Shown piece by piece: positions 37,080 through 49,349 of a stretch of 64,000 nt of DNA. Origin of the DNA: Malacoraja senta. Lineage: Eukaryota. The stretch spans positions 321,098,001-321,162,000 of the forward strand of contig CM075977.1 in NCBI GenBank assembly GCA_038087875.1. The letters run 5' to 3'. The notes under the pieces are model-generated. The model was not told the origin of the DNA. It did no database searches and was given only the letters and a program-made list of their open reading frames with translations. The position numbers and the translations under genes are program-made. Positions within the stretch are counted from its first letter, which is position 1, and the number at the start of each line of letters is the position of its first letter.

Positions 37080-37360
37080 AACCAAAGATATACACAAAAC
37101 TGGAATAACTCAGCGGGTCAGGCAGCATCTCTGGAGAAAAGGAATAGGTGACGTTTCAGGTCAGGAGCCATCAGACTGAGAGTCAGGGGAAAAGAAAACG
37201 GCGATATAGACAGTGATGTAGAACAAATGAATAAAAGATATGCAAAAAAGTAACAATGATAAAGGAAACAGGCCATTGTTAGCTGTGGATTAGGTGAAAA
37301 TTAGTACAGACAATGAGACTCAACAAGACGACTTTGAAGCTGGTACGACTTGGGTGGGGG
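37080..37360 (-). mobile_element. Penelope 3'-region fragment, left half; continues at 41714-42200 after the CR1 insertion
   Basis: Same sequence order as the uninterrupted copy at 23230-23720; resumes at ttacttgaagttagagaaatcaa. Confidence 0.75.
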
Positions 37361-40300
37361 GAATAACCATATAACCATTACAGCACGGAAACAGGCCATC
37401 TCGGCCCTTCAAGTCCGTGCCGAACACTTTTTTTCCCCCCCTTCTTTCTTCTTACTTCCCCCTAGTCCCATCTACCTGCACTCAGACCATAACCCTCCAT
37501 TCCTTTCCCGTCCATATACCCATCCAATCTATTTTTAAAGGATAAAATCGAACCCGTCTCCACCACTGGAAGCTCATTCCACACAGCTACCACTCTCTGA
37601 GTAAAGAAGTTCCCCCTAATGTTACCCCTAAACTTCTGTCCCTTAATTCTCAAGTCATGTCCCCTTGTTTGAATCTTCCCTACTCTCAATGGGAAAAGCT
37701 TATCCACGTCAACTCTGTCTAACCCGCTCATCATTTTAAAGACCTCTATCAAGTCCCCCCTTAACCTTCTGCGCTCCAAAGAATAAAGACCTAACTTGTT
37801 CAACCTTTTTCTGTAACTTAGTTGCTGAAACCCAGGCAACATTCTAGTAAATCTCCTCTGTACTCTCTCTATTTTGTTGACATCCTTCCTATAATTAGGT
37901 GACCAAAATTGTACTCCATACTCCTGAATTGGCCTCACCAATGCCTTGTACAATTTTAACATTACATCCCAACTTCTATATTCAATGCTCTGATTTATAA
38001 AGGCCAGCACACCAAAAGCTTTCTTTACCACCCTATCTACATGAGATTCCACCTTCAGGGAACTATGCACAGTTATTCCTAGATCCCTCTGTTCAACTGC
38101 ATTCCTCAATTCGCTACCATTTACCATGTACGTCCTATTTTGATTTGTCCTGCCGAGATGTAGCACCTCACATTTATCAGCATTAAACTCCATCTGCCAT
38201 CTTTCAGCCCACTCTTCCAAATGGCCTAAATCTCTTTGTAGACTTTGAAAATCTACTTCATTATCCACACCACCACCTATCTTAGTATCATCTGCATACT
38301 TACTAATCCAATTTTCCACACCATCATCCAGATCATTGATGTACATGACAAACAGTGGACCCAACACAGACCCCTGAGGCACCCCACTAGTCACCGGCCT
38401 CCAACCTGACAAACAGCCATCCACCATTACTCTCTGGCATCTCCCATTCAGCCACTGTTGAATCCATCTTGCTACTCCACCATTAATACCCAACAATTTA
38501 ATCTTCTTAACCAACCTTCCATGAGGAACCTTGTCAAAGGCCTTACTGAAGTCCATATAGACAACATCCACTGCTTTACCCTCATCAATTTCCCTAGTAA
38601 CCTCTTCGAAAAATTCAAGAAGATTAGTCAAACATGACCTTCCAGGTACAAATCCATGTTGCCTGTTCCTAATCAGACCCTGTTTATCCAGATGATTATA
38701 TATAGTCTTTAAGTATCCTTTCCATTAATTTGCCCACCACTGACGTCAAACTAACAGGTTTGTAAATTGCTAGGTTTACTCCTAGAACCCTTTTTAAACA
38801 ACGGAACAACATGCGCAGTACGCCAATCCTCCGGCACTATTCCCGTTTCTAATGACATTTGAAATATTTCTGTCCTAGCCCCTGCTATTTCTACACTAAC
38901 TTCCCTCAATGTCCTAGGGAATATCCTGTCAGGACCTGGAGACTTATCCGTTTTCATATTTTTCAAAAGTGTCCGCACCTCCTCTTCTTTGCTACTCTGC
39001 TTGTTTCCCTTACCTCACATAATTCCATATCCTTCTCCTTGGTGAATACCGAAGAAAAGAAATTGTTCAATATCTCCCCCAGCTCTTTTGGCTCTGCAGA
39101 TAGCTGTCCACTCTGACTCTCTAATGGACAATTGTATTCCTTGTTATCCTTTTGCTATTAATATAGCTGTAGAAACCGTTTGGATTTACTTTCACCTTAC
39201 TTGCCAAAGCAACCTCATATCTTTTAGCTTTTCTAATTTCTTTCTTAATATTCTTTTTACATTCTTTATACTCCTCAAGCACCTCATTTACTCCATGCTG
39301 CCTATAATTATTGTAGATCTCTCTCTTTTTCCGAACCAAGTGTCCAATTTCCCTTGAAAATCATGGCTCTTTCCAATTTTCACTATTTCCTTTCAACCGA
39401 ACAGGGACATAAAGATTCTGTACTCTTAACATTTCACCTTTAAATGTCCTCCATTTCTCTTCTACATCCTTCCCATAAAACAACATGTCCCAATTCACTC
39501 CTTTTAAATCCTTTTGCATCTCCTCAAAGTTAGCCTTTCTCCAATCAAAAATCTCAACCCTACGTCCAGTTCTGACCCTCTCCATAATTATATTGAAACT
39601 AATGGTATTGTGATCACTGGACCCGAAGTGCTCCCCAACGCATACCTCCGCCACCTGCCCCGTCTCATTTCCTAACAGGAGGTCCAGCACTGCCCCTTCT
39701 CTAGTAGGTACCTCTATGTATTGCTGCAAAAAACTATCCTGCACACATTTTACAAACTCCAAACCACCCAGCCCTTTTACAGAATGTGTTTCCCAGTCTA
39801 TGTGTGGAAAATTGAAATCTCCCACAATCATTACCTTGTGCTTACTACTAATATCTGCTATCTCCTTACATATTTGCTCTTCCAATTCTCGCTCCCCATT
39901 TGGCGGTCTATAATACACCCCTATAAGTGTTGCTACACCTTTCCCATTTCTCAGTTCCACCCAAATAGGCTCCCTAGATGAGCCCTCTAATCTATCCTGC
40001 CAAAGCACTGCTGTAATATCTTCCTTGATAAGCAATGCAACACCCCCACCTCTTGCCCCTCCAATTCTATCACCCCTGAAGCAACGAAATCCTGGAATAT
40101 TTAGTTTCCAATCACAGCCCTCCTGCAACCATGTTTCACTGATCGCCACAACATCATACTTCCAGGTGTCAATCCAGGCTCTAAGCTCATCCACCTTTCT
40201 TACAATGCTCCTAGCATTAAAATAGACAGTTAAGAAACCCACCACCACTTATTCTGTTTATTATCTTTTTCTTCTTTCTCCCCTACATTTTGGGTCCGAG

Positions 40301-40381
40301 TGCTTCCCTTCTCTGCCTCCTGCCTCCCACATTTTCTACTAGCTTTCTCTATTTGAGTCCCTCCCTCCAACCGTTCTAGTT

Positions 40382-41313
40382 TTAAGTCTCCCCAGTAGCC
40401 TTTGCAAATCTCCCCGCCAGGATATTGGTCCCCCTCGGGTTCAAGTGCAACCCGTCCTTTCTGTACAGGTCACACCTTCCCCAAAAGAGGTCCCAATGAT
40501 CCAGAAATTTGAATCCCTGCCCGCTGCACCAGTTCCTCAGCCACGCATTTATCCTCCACCTCATTCCATTCCTACTCTCACTGTCACGTGGCACATGTAG
40601 TAATCCTGAGATTGTTACCTTTGCGGTCCTTCTCCTTAACTCTCCTCCCAACTCCCTAAATTCTCCTTTCAGGACCTCTTCTCTTTTTCTGCGTATGTCA
40701 TTGGTACCTATATGTACCACAACCTCAGGCTCCTCCTCCCTCCGATTTCAGGATATCTTGGACACGTTCAGACACATCCCTGACCCTGGCATCAGGGAGG
40801 CAAACTACCATCCGGGTCTCCTGACTGCGTCCACAGAATCGCCTATCCGACCCCCTAACTATAGAGTCCCCTATTACTATTGCCCTCCTCTTCTTTTCCC
40901 TACCCTTCTGAGCAATAGGGCCGGTCTCTATGCCGGAGGCCCGGCCGCTGTCCTTACCCCCAGGAAGGCTGTTCCCCCCCAACAGTACTCAAACAGGAGT
41001 AGTTATTTTCAAGGTGTACCGCCACCGGGGTACTCACTAGTCCCTGCCTCTGCCCCTTGCCCTTCCTAACCGTGACCCACTTGTCTGCCTCCCGTGGTCT
41101 TGGAGTGGCCACCTCCCTATAGCTCCTTTCTATGACCGCCTCACTCTCCCTGATCAGACAGAGGTCATCGAGCTGCTGCTCCAGGTTCCTAACACGGTCC
41201 CTTAGGAATCCCATCTCGACGCACCTGGCACAGATGTGGACGTTTGGAGGGGTATCAGACTCCATGACTTCCCACATCTGACATCCAGAACAGTAAACTG
41301 CCCTGGCCCTCAT
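40382..41313 (-). pseudogene. CR1 ORF1: zinc finger/leucine zipper plus SGNH (GDSL-like) esterase, with two frameshifts
   Basis: GDS, GTND and DGLH blocks occur in order across three ORF pieces. Confidence 0.88.
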
Positions 41314-41462
41314 ACTCCCCCCTTACCCTGGATACAATACAAAACTGGTGGAGGAAATCAGCAGGGATCTGACACCAATCAGCTGCTTCCTCTTGGTCCT
41401 CTTCCACCAATCAGCGGCTTCCTCACTTATATGAAACGTGAATGGAACGTTGCAGTTTTGGG

Positions 41463-41713
41463 TTCCTCCTCCTGCAACGGTCCCATGGCCTCTGGAAAGC
41501 AAAGCTCCGTGCTGTTTAACTACTCACTACCCGGACGCCGCTCCTCCTCCTGCAACGGTCCCTGGGCCTCTGGAAAGCAAAGCCCCGCGCTGTTTAACTA
41601 CTCCCTACCCGGACGCCGCTCCTCCTCCTGCAACGGTCCCTGGGCCTCTGAAAGCAAAGCCCCGCGTTGTTTAACTACTCCCTACTCGGACGCCGCTCCT
41701 CCTCCTGCAACGG
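41463..41713. repeat. Tandem repeat, 78-bp unit, about 3.2 copies, at the CR1 5' end
   Basis: Unit ctcctcctcctgcaacggtccctgggcctctggaaagcaaagccccgcgctgtttaactactccctacccggacgccg starting at about 41463, 41541, 41619 and 41696 (partial). Confidence 0.92.
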
Positions 41714-42200
41714 ATTACTTGAAGTTAGAGAAATCAATTATCATACCACTGGATTGTAAGCTGCCCAAACAAAATGGGAGGCTGTTCCTCCAATTTGCGT
41801 TTGGCCTCTCTCTCTGACAATGGAGGCTTACGACAGAAAGGTCAGTGTGGGAATGGGAATTCGCTCGGTCCGCCTGGACCTTCCTGATCTCCCGGTTGCC
41901 AAACACTAATTCTGAAGGGTCACGACCCGAAACGTCACCCATTCCTTCTCTCCAGAGATGCTGCCTGTCCCGCTGAGTTACTCCAGCTTTTTGTGTCTAC
42001 AGCTAACAATGGCTTGTTTCATTTATAATTATGACTTTTTTGCATATATTTCATTCATTTCTATATCCCTATAAATCCACGTCTATATCTTTCATTTCCC
42101 TTTCCCCTGACTCTGTCTGAAGAAGGGTCTCGACCCGAAGCGTCACTTATTCCTTTTCTCCAGAGTTGAAATTACTCCAGCTTTATGTGTCTATCTTCAG
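41714..42200. mobile_element. Penelope fragments with hammerhead-like motifs (about 41912-41937 and 42117-42144)
   Basis: GIY-YIG C-terminal remnants plus two terminal-repeat copies on the + strand. Confidence 0.75.
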
Positions 42201-42204
42201 GTAT

Positions 42205-42580
42205 AACCATAGGTTGGACAAACCTGAATTGTTTTCTTTGTAGTAACACAGCCGGTAGGGAAGACTTGCTAGAAGTATATAAAATTTGACAGGCAGAGAT
42301 AGGGTAGACAGAACCTTTTTTTCCCAGGATAAAAATGTCAAATACTAGAGGGCACAGCTTTAAGGTGAAATTGGAAAAGTTTAGAGATGTATGGGGCAGG
42401 TTTTTTTTATTGGTAGGTGCCTGCAACTAGTCAGGGGTGGTGTGATATTGGCATTTAAGAGACTTTTATATAGGTAGATGAGTATGTGGGGATTAAAAGA
42501 TGGATCACAAGCAGGCAGAGGGCTGAGTTTAATTTGGAATTGTGTACAGTGCAGACATCACGGGCTGAGGGACCTGGTCC
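42205..42580 (+). mobile_element. Old CR1 3' fragment
   Basis: gaagacttgctagaagtatataaaatt...actagagggcacagctttaaggtgaaa. Confidence 0.7.
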
Positions 42581-43234
42581 ATCATCAGACCTGAACAAAT
42601 GTCATGCAAAGTGGATAGAGAATAATTTCACAAAAGATGGATGGAATGTTTAGATATAGCAGAATGATTGTCTGTAAATATTGAATTCAACCTCCAATTT
42701 GGAAGGGTGGATTGTTCCCAAGCAAAGATATTTTGTTCTTTTTCCTTTTCTGTAACGCAAAATGCATCTCATACCAACTTTTTTTACAATTCTGATGAAA
42801 AGTCATTAACTTGAAATATTAAATTCCCTTTTACCCCCCAAGTCTGATCTGGTAGTATCAGATTGTGTTTTAAATTTTGGATTCCTCCAGGTGAAAACTG
42901 ATATCTTCATCTACCCCATTAAATTATTTTGAAGGCCTGCATTAAATTTCCAGAGCCAGAATTTTTGTTCTAAAGAGCTCAAGCCTGCTCCATATCTAAT
43001 TATTGTAATCTCTCTGTTCTAATGAGCTCCATAAATTAAGAATATTTATTTTAACCCCTTTCTAGTGTTTCCATCCTGTAACAGGGAGACCAAAACCAAT
43101 GTAGGGTTGTGAGACTATTATAAAGTTTGCTTTCAATATAACCAAACTATCACAATTTTATGCAATTAGTTCATATCCAAATTGTACTTCTGATGAGCAA
43201 TTCCTTTTCTGCTTTAATACTTGGTGATCCACAA

Positions 43235-43552
43235 TGGCTAACTTACCCAGGTTTGATCCTGACCATGGGTGCTGTGTGAAGCCGACATATTTTTGTTTGG
43301 TACTCCAATTTACTCCCATAATCCAAAAACATGCCAGTAGAAAAATGCCATTAAATTACTGCATCAAAGAGGAATTGATGGGTGTGTGAGAGGATAAGTT
43401 GCAGGGTTGTAGAAGGAATGGCACTGATTCATAGATTCTGAAGAGTCTCAAGCCGAAACGTCACCCATTCCTTCTCTCCAGAGATATTGCCTGAGTTACT
43501 CCAGCTTTTTGTGTCTACGGTTTAAACCAGCATCTGCAGTTCCTTCCCACAC
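43235..43552 (+). mobile_element. Decayed V-SINE-like element followed by a Penelope terminal-repeat fragment
   Basis: acccaggtttgatcctgaccatgggtgctgtgtg; ctgaagagtctcaagccgaaacgtcacccattcc. Confidence 0.6.
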
Positions 43553-46500
43553 AGATTCAATAAGTTCATTTGGTGTGGAACTCCATTTCCACCTCTGTAC
43601 TACAACAACCACCACCATCTCGCTTCCCCCCCCCAGGTTTGTAGCCTGATTGGTATCCATTCCATGATTAGACCGAACTGCACACAACCAAATCATGAAT
43701 TACAATGCATTCTACCTTTTCAAAGGCCCTCTGCATTAAATAGGGTTGTATTTATTCCAAGTCTCCTAGGTGCATTGCTGTTAAATGAAATAAAATGTAT
43801 GCTTAAAAAGTTTGTCATTAAAAAAAAAGCTGATTGTGCACTTGTAAATTATATCTTAAGTGTGAGATTATCTTGGAAATATATTGACAGAGGTTGATGA
43901 AGCAAGTTTGATAATTTAAGGATGTACATTGAGTCTTACTACTGTGAAGATTCAGTTTGCACAAGATCCAATTGTAAAATTTGAAGTAATTGTGGTTGAT
44001 AATTCTTTTGCAAAATTGTGATCTTATAAAAACACATGTAAGCAAGGTCTCCAAAGTAGAATACATTAGAAAGATATTTATTCAAAAAGGGCACAGACAT
44101 AACTTGGGAGACAGAAGTAGCTCTGAGCTAATAGATCAGTTTTAACAGAACATCATAAAATTAAACTTGAAAGAGTGGAATAGAGTAATATCATTTTTGA
44201 TTATTAAACAAAATAAACTGCCAACAAGCTAATAATTGGAATTAAAGTACATACATAGGTTTGTCAAAGGCTGAAGTAGTCTACACTCTTTAAAAAATAG
44301 CAATTATCAGGTAAATTTCTATCCTGCATTGCAACTTTCATCATCAATGCTACCCGTTTCACTAAAATGTGCAATAGAGACAGATTACACTAGTAAACTT
44401 TAACATTGTATATATTATGCATGCCCAAAAATTCCCACGTGTGTAAAACTAAAACAGTCCCAAATTTGCTTTTCCCCCATTCACTAATTTTCTTTAGCAA
44501 TTGCAATTAACCAGAAATGAACAGCAGCACAGTAGTTTGTAGCCCATTTGAACAACATAGCCTGAACTGAAGATATGGAGAGATTGCAAATCCTATATTG
44601 CAGCCTCGAAACAGTTAATTAAATATCTGAAATCTGTTATGATCAGTGATCATAAAATTCCATCTGATTGACTAGGTATTCTGTCAGTCTTCCTGGGTCT
44701 GGCCCAAACAAAGAGTCCTGGACAGTCTAATAGTTAAACCAAACCACAAATAAAGCCACATAGACCATGCATTGGTTTAGGATACCGCCAGTCCATTCTA
44801 CACCTTCCTCAAGTGCAGGTAAATGTGGAGTTATTCTGCACATTATTTAAGGAACAGCTTGACCTAATCACACTCCATAAACATATTTTGACCAACAGAG
44901 ACTCTTCTCTTAGAATTCCCCAGAAATTAGATGGCTGGTATTTATTGGTGACCAATCTTATCAGCCCAGCCATCCTAGCAGTATCCTGGCACCAACCATC
45001 CTTTGTAGTACAGGGGCAAATGAATGCCCATCAATCAACTGCATGTCCATCATGACTTGGAAATGTAATTCATGCCCCTTTATTGCCACTAGGTCAACGA
45101 CCTCAACCAAAACATAAAATGGGAAAATTCCTTCACAAAATCTGCAGCAGTTCAATAAATGAAACGCTGAGTGTTTCCTTAGAGCAATTGGTATGAACGA
45201 TAACTGCTAATCTATTCCTATATGCCCTACAAAATTAAATTGTCATTTTAGGTAATATGATACGTAATTTATTTGGAATTTAATTTTACTTGATGCCCCT
45301 GCTCCAGTTAATCATGAGTAATAAAAGATAATGCACATTTGAATCCTATTTTCTTTTTGCTTTCTTCATCTGTGACAGTTTTTCAGCAACATACTTAATA
45401 TAATGAACATGTGCACCAATACATTTTATCCACATTTTCCGAAGCTAATGTCAGTGCATTAGGTCCAAATGAGTTACTGTTTAATTTATAACCTATTTTC
45501 AAACATCAAATAGAATCCTAGAGTTTTAACAGAAATTTTAACAAATGCCACAAATAACATTGTAGTCCCTGAAATTAAAATTGAAAATTTAAAAAAATGC
45601 AGGTGCTGGAAATCTGAAATAAAATCAGCAAAATGATGGAAACACTTAGCAGGTCAGACAGCATCGGTGGAAAGAGAAATCATGTTTCAGGTAGAAAACC
45701 CTTTAATACGAGACATTAATTATGTTTCTCTTTCTACAAATATTCCCATAAAGGTTGAATTTCCCCATTTGAGCTTAAAGAAAATTGTCAGTTGTTTAAA
45801 GTAATCGTCATTCCTTCTGTAAATTTAACAATGTGTAAACTGGCAAGAGTTGTTATGGGGACAAAGCATTGATGTCCAATCATTAGAGATGACTGAGAAA
45901 TGTGAGCATTGTTTGATCATTCTTGCATTACTGGCTTTGCCATATTGTACTGCAGTAGAAGTATTTTGATCAGTTTGTAAATAGCTCCAACCCAGCAGTG
46001 TTGTGAATAAGGTCTTGAACAAACTATAAAATATGCTACTACAAAAATAAAATGGATCTGGGAAATTTTAAGCTGACGGGTATTTTTATTCCCTGTTGGT
46101 CTCCCAAGTTATAGTTATAACTTTCACATAATAGTTATAGACAGTTTTCAATTAAATACCCAAATCTAGACAATACCATGCGTGGGTAATGTACTTTGGG
46201 GCAGATAAACCTGATGTTTTGTATTGTTGCATTAAATTAGTCATCATGGACGTAGTGTGCTCTGAATAACAGGTTCTTTTTTGATCACTGCCAAAAATCA
46301 GCAATTCAATAATATTTGTTCAGTACCAAGTTAATTCTACACCTTAAAAATGTTGCTCCATCTTTAAGTGTACATCCCTGTGACCACGTAAATTCTGGAC
46401 GATTGGAAGAACATACTAGTTAAGAGTGTTATATATTTGGATGAAATTTATATTTTGGAACTGATTGGCTGTACAATTTAATGTTTACAAAATAATGCAT

Positions 46501-49349
46501 CAGGGCAAAAATATGGTGCAGAATAAACAAACATGTCCCATTTCAGAAACCCAGCTTTTAACATGTAATTGAAAGTGTTATATCTCTCCCCCACCCCATC
46601 TCTAACGATTCTCACTCACATCACTTCCAGTATACATCCTTGATTTGATAATACACTGATGACACTTCTCCATTGTATGCTTATTGGCAGGGGTCAATAA
46701 TGGGGATAAACATGACAATTTCCTCTTCTTGCCACCTACATCCTCCCTTACGATAAAACTTAGTATCACTCAGGAACAGACTAGTTCTAGTTGCAGTTCA
46801 TTTATTTATTGGAAGAGCCTGCTGACACCTTGAGAATTGTAAAAATGAATTAATACAGAAATTTCTTTGTATTCACATCATATGCATTACTTCCAAATAA
46901 AACGTATTTGATCATTACCAGCATTAGTCCCTAAATCACAATGTGACAAAACTCACATTTGTTTGTTCCCTCCAAATCTTTTATTTCAAGTGATTGCCAA
47001 AGAAAATTAAAATTCCATTCATACTTTGAAACTGCAACAGAAGCAAACCCTGAATCTTCTTTGCCAAATGGAAGCCTTTAATAGACATTTAAAATTAGGC
47101 AATGTTTTATTTCTTGTACTTTGAGGGGGAAAAAAGCTCTGTGTATCACCACTGTCCTGCTTCCACCTTCCATTAATCACTCAGTTTACATCTTTCTTAG
47201 GTATTTGCTGGCAAATGAGTGGATACAACCTACTGTAATCTTTGCTGGGATCTGCTGCTATAATTGGTGGAGCTCAAGAGTACATTTTTCCAGAAAAGAT
47301 TAAGATTTATTGGTGGCACTTGATGTCTTTCCAAACGCATGTTCTTCAGAAAAGTATCCGAGCAATTATCTTTGGACATTTGCTGCTTGTTTCACCCACT
47401 GTGATAAGACCAAAAGTTAATTACCAAAAATGTTCATTGCTAAGATGAAAATCAAAGACTGCAGATACCGGAAATCTGTAATACCACTAGAAACATTAAC
47501 TGTTTCTCTTTCCACAGATGCCACCTAGCCTGTTGAGTGTTTCCAACACCATTTTTTATTACCAAAACACTGACTCTCTCCTAAATCACATTTCCCCAAA
47601 CATTATTCATTCTGTGGAGATGTTTCTGGAAGCAGCAAAGATGATCTGTAATGTCAATAAGATTAGTCCAATATACCCAGCTGGAGGCAAAGTATACTTG
47701 CATCTTTAATTTATTTTTCAAGCAGCAAATTCCCTCTCTTTTCCAAGTGGAACAGCTTTGGACGCAATGGCTAAGGCTGTCCCTGGGTAATAAACGAGTT
47801 CCATTTTTACAGATGTCCATAATTGGATTTTGTACCCAAGTTGAAAAATGCACAAACATCACTCAATATCTTAGCCAGACTGCCATAGTGTTATAATGAG
47901 TGGCAACAAAAACACATGCAGATAAGAAAGAACAATTCCTCAAAGTGGAGAAAGAAGAAACCAGATTTGTTGTTTGCAGATTGACTTTTGAATTTAATAT
48001 TATGGGAGCTCGTTTGTAACGGGCATTTGTAACCCAGGAACAGCAGGAACACACCAACCACCCTCCTCCCCACCTTCAAACACACACATTTTCATGGAGA
48101 CCAAATACTTAGGCAATTTGAAACCGTTCTATTCTGGACTTTTTTGAAACCAGATTTCAAATTTAGTTTTAAACAAAACAAGGGCTTTTTCATTTTACTT
48201 CTATTTATTTTCTGGGTAAAGAACATCGAATTTGAAAAGTTCTTGTCAGATAGTGTGCAAGTCTAAAGACAAATATCATCGTAGTCACAAATTGCCATAA
48301 CACACAAAGTTTTGTTTTCCTGCAATACAAACACCCCTTGCTCGAACTTAGACCAACAGCCAATGAGATGGGGCGTACTTATCAGACTAGTCATTCAGCA
48401 AACAAGATAATTGCATTAAATTATTTTTGAGAGTTTAAAGCTAGGGTATTCTGCTTAAATCATGGAATTAGATGCCAGAAACATAATTGAAATTGTACAT
48501 ACTTGACAGGTCTGGTAAGGCACTATTCAGAACTGGGGGAAAATCAGTTACTATACGTTTTGAAAAAGAGCAAAATAAAAAATGGTACCTGCCTTGACAC
48601 GGTGATTACCTGTGTTTAACTGCAAATTCCAAAGTTGGGCAGTAAACGTTTCCGTATTACTTGCAGAGTCTGATAAAATGGTGTTTTATTTCCATGCACT
48701 TAAACTGAACACGGGAGAAGAAAATGTACATAAAAGCTAAGGAATTATATACAGCGTTATTTAGAGATACAGGATAATGGAGTTTAAATTTAAAACTGAT
48801 ATTGTACTCGTCATTAAATGAAATAAAAGCCAGCCCCAAGGTATAATTTTGGATAACTTTGGATTAACGTAATTCTCAATTCTTTGATTTATGTAGCATT
48901 AATATAACTCAACATGAATCAGTAAACCAGTCGCACACAGTAACATTTATGGCTTGGGTCTGCTCAATCTCTTAAAGGCATGGAGTTAAGGACAGCTCTG
49001 GTCTTTCAGAAAGCATGATTGTTGAAAGAAAATGTCATAGGCACAGTCCAAAAGCTCAGGAAAAATGCATGTCTATAATTTCCTGTCTAATATGCATTTC
49101 TTGATGAAGTGTGCTGGGTGAAGGAAAATGCAAGAGGTTCAGGTTCATGCTGTATGGTAGAGATGGATTAAATTTCCCAGTAGTCTAAATAGGCTCATCC
49201 TCTCTGGACAGTTTCTCCTTCCCCGCTCCTGACTCCAGACCATTACATTTTTTTAAGATAGCCTGAATTACTTTAAATATCCATCTCTCAGTTAATCTGT
49301 CCTGTTTTGGTTATTCAGGAGTACAGGTTTTGAGAGAGAGAAACAGAAA

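Larger units (their letters stand above)
37361..41713 (-). mobile_element. Near full-length CR1 LINE: tandem-repeat 5' end, ORF1, ORF2 (APE and RT); frameshifted
   Basis: ORF1 pieces 40954-41313 (CxxC...CxxC and coiled coil), 40725-40982 (IGDSIVRG), 40382-40720 (HIGTND...DGLHLN); APE 39361-40248; RT 37462-38631 (YADD); 3' tail (ATGGTTAT)2. Confidence 0.95.

Noticed and set aside
41236-41817. 193-aa repetitive ORF, or a CRISPR-like array
   Set aside because: It arises from a 78-bp (26-codon) tandem unit antisense to the CR1; there are no unique spacers and the context is eukaryotic.
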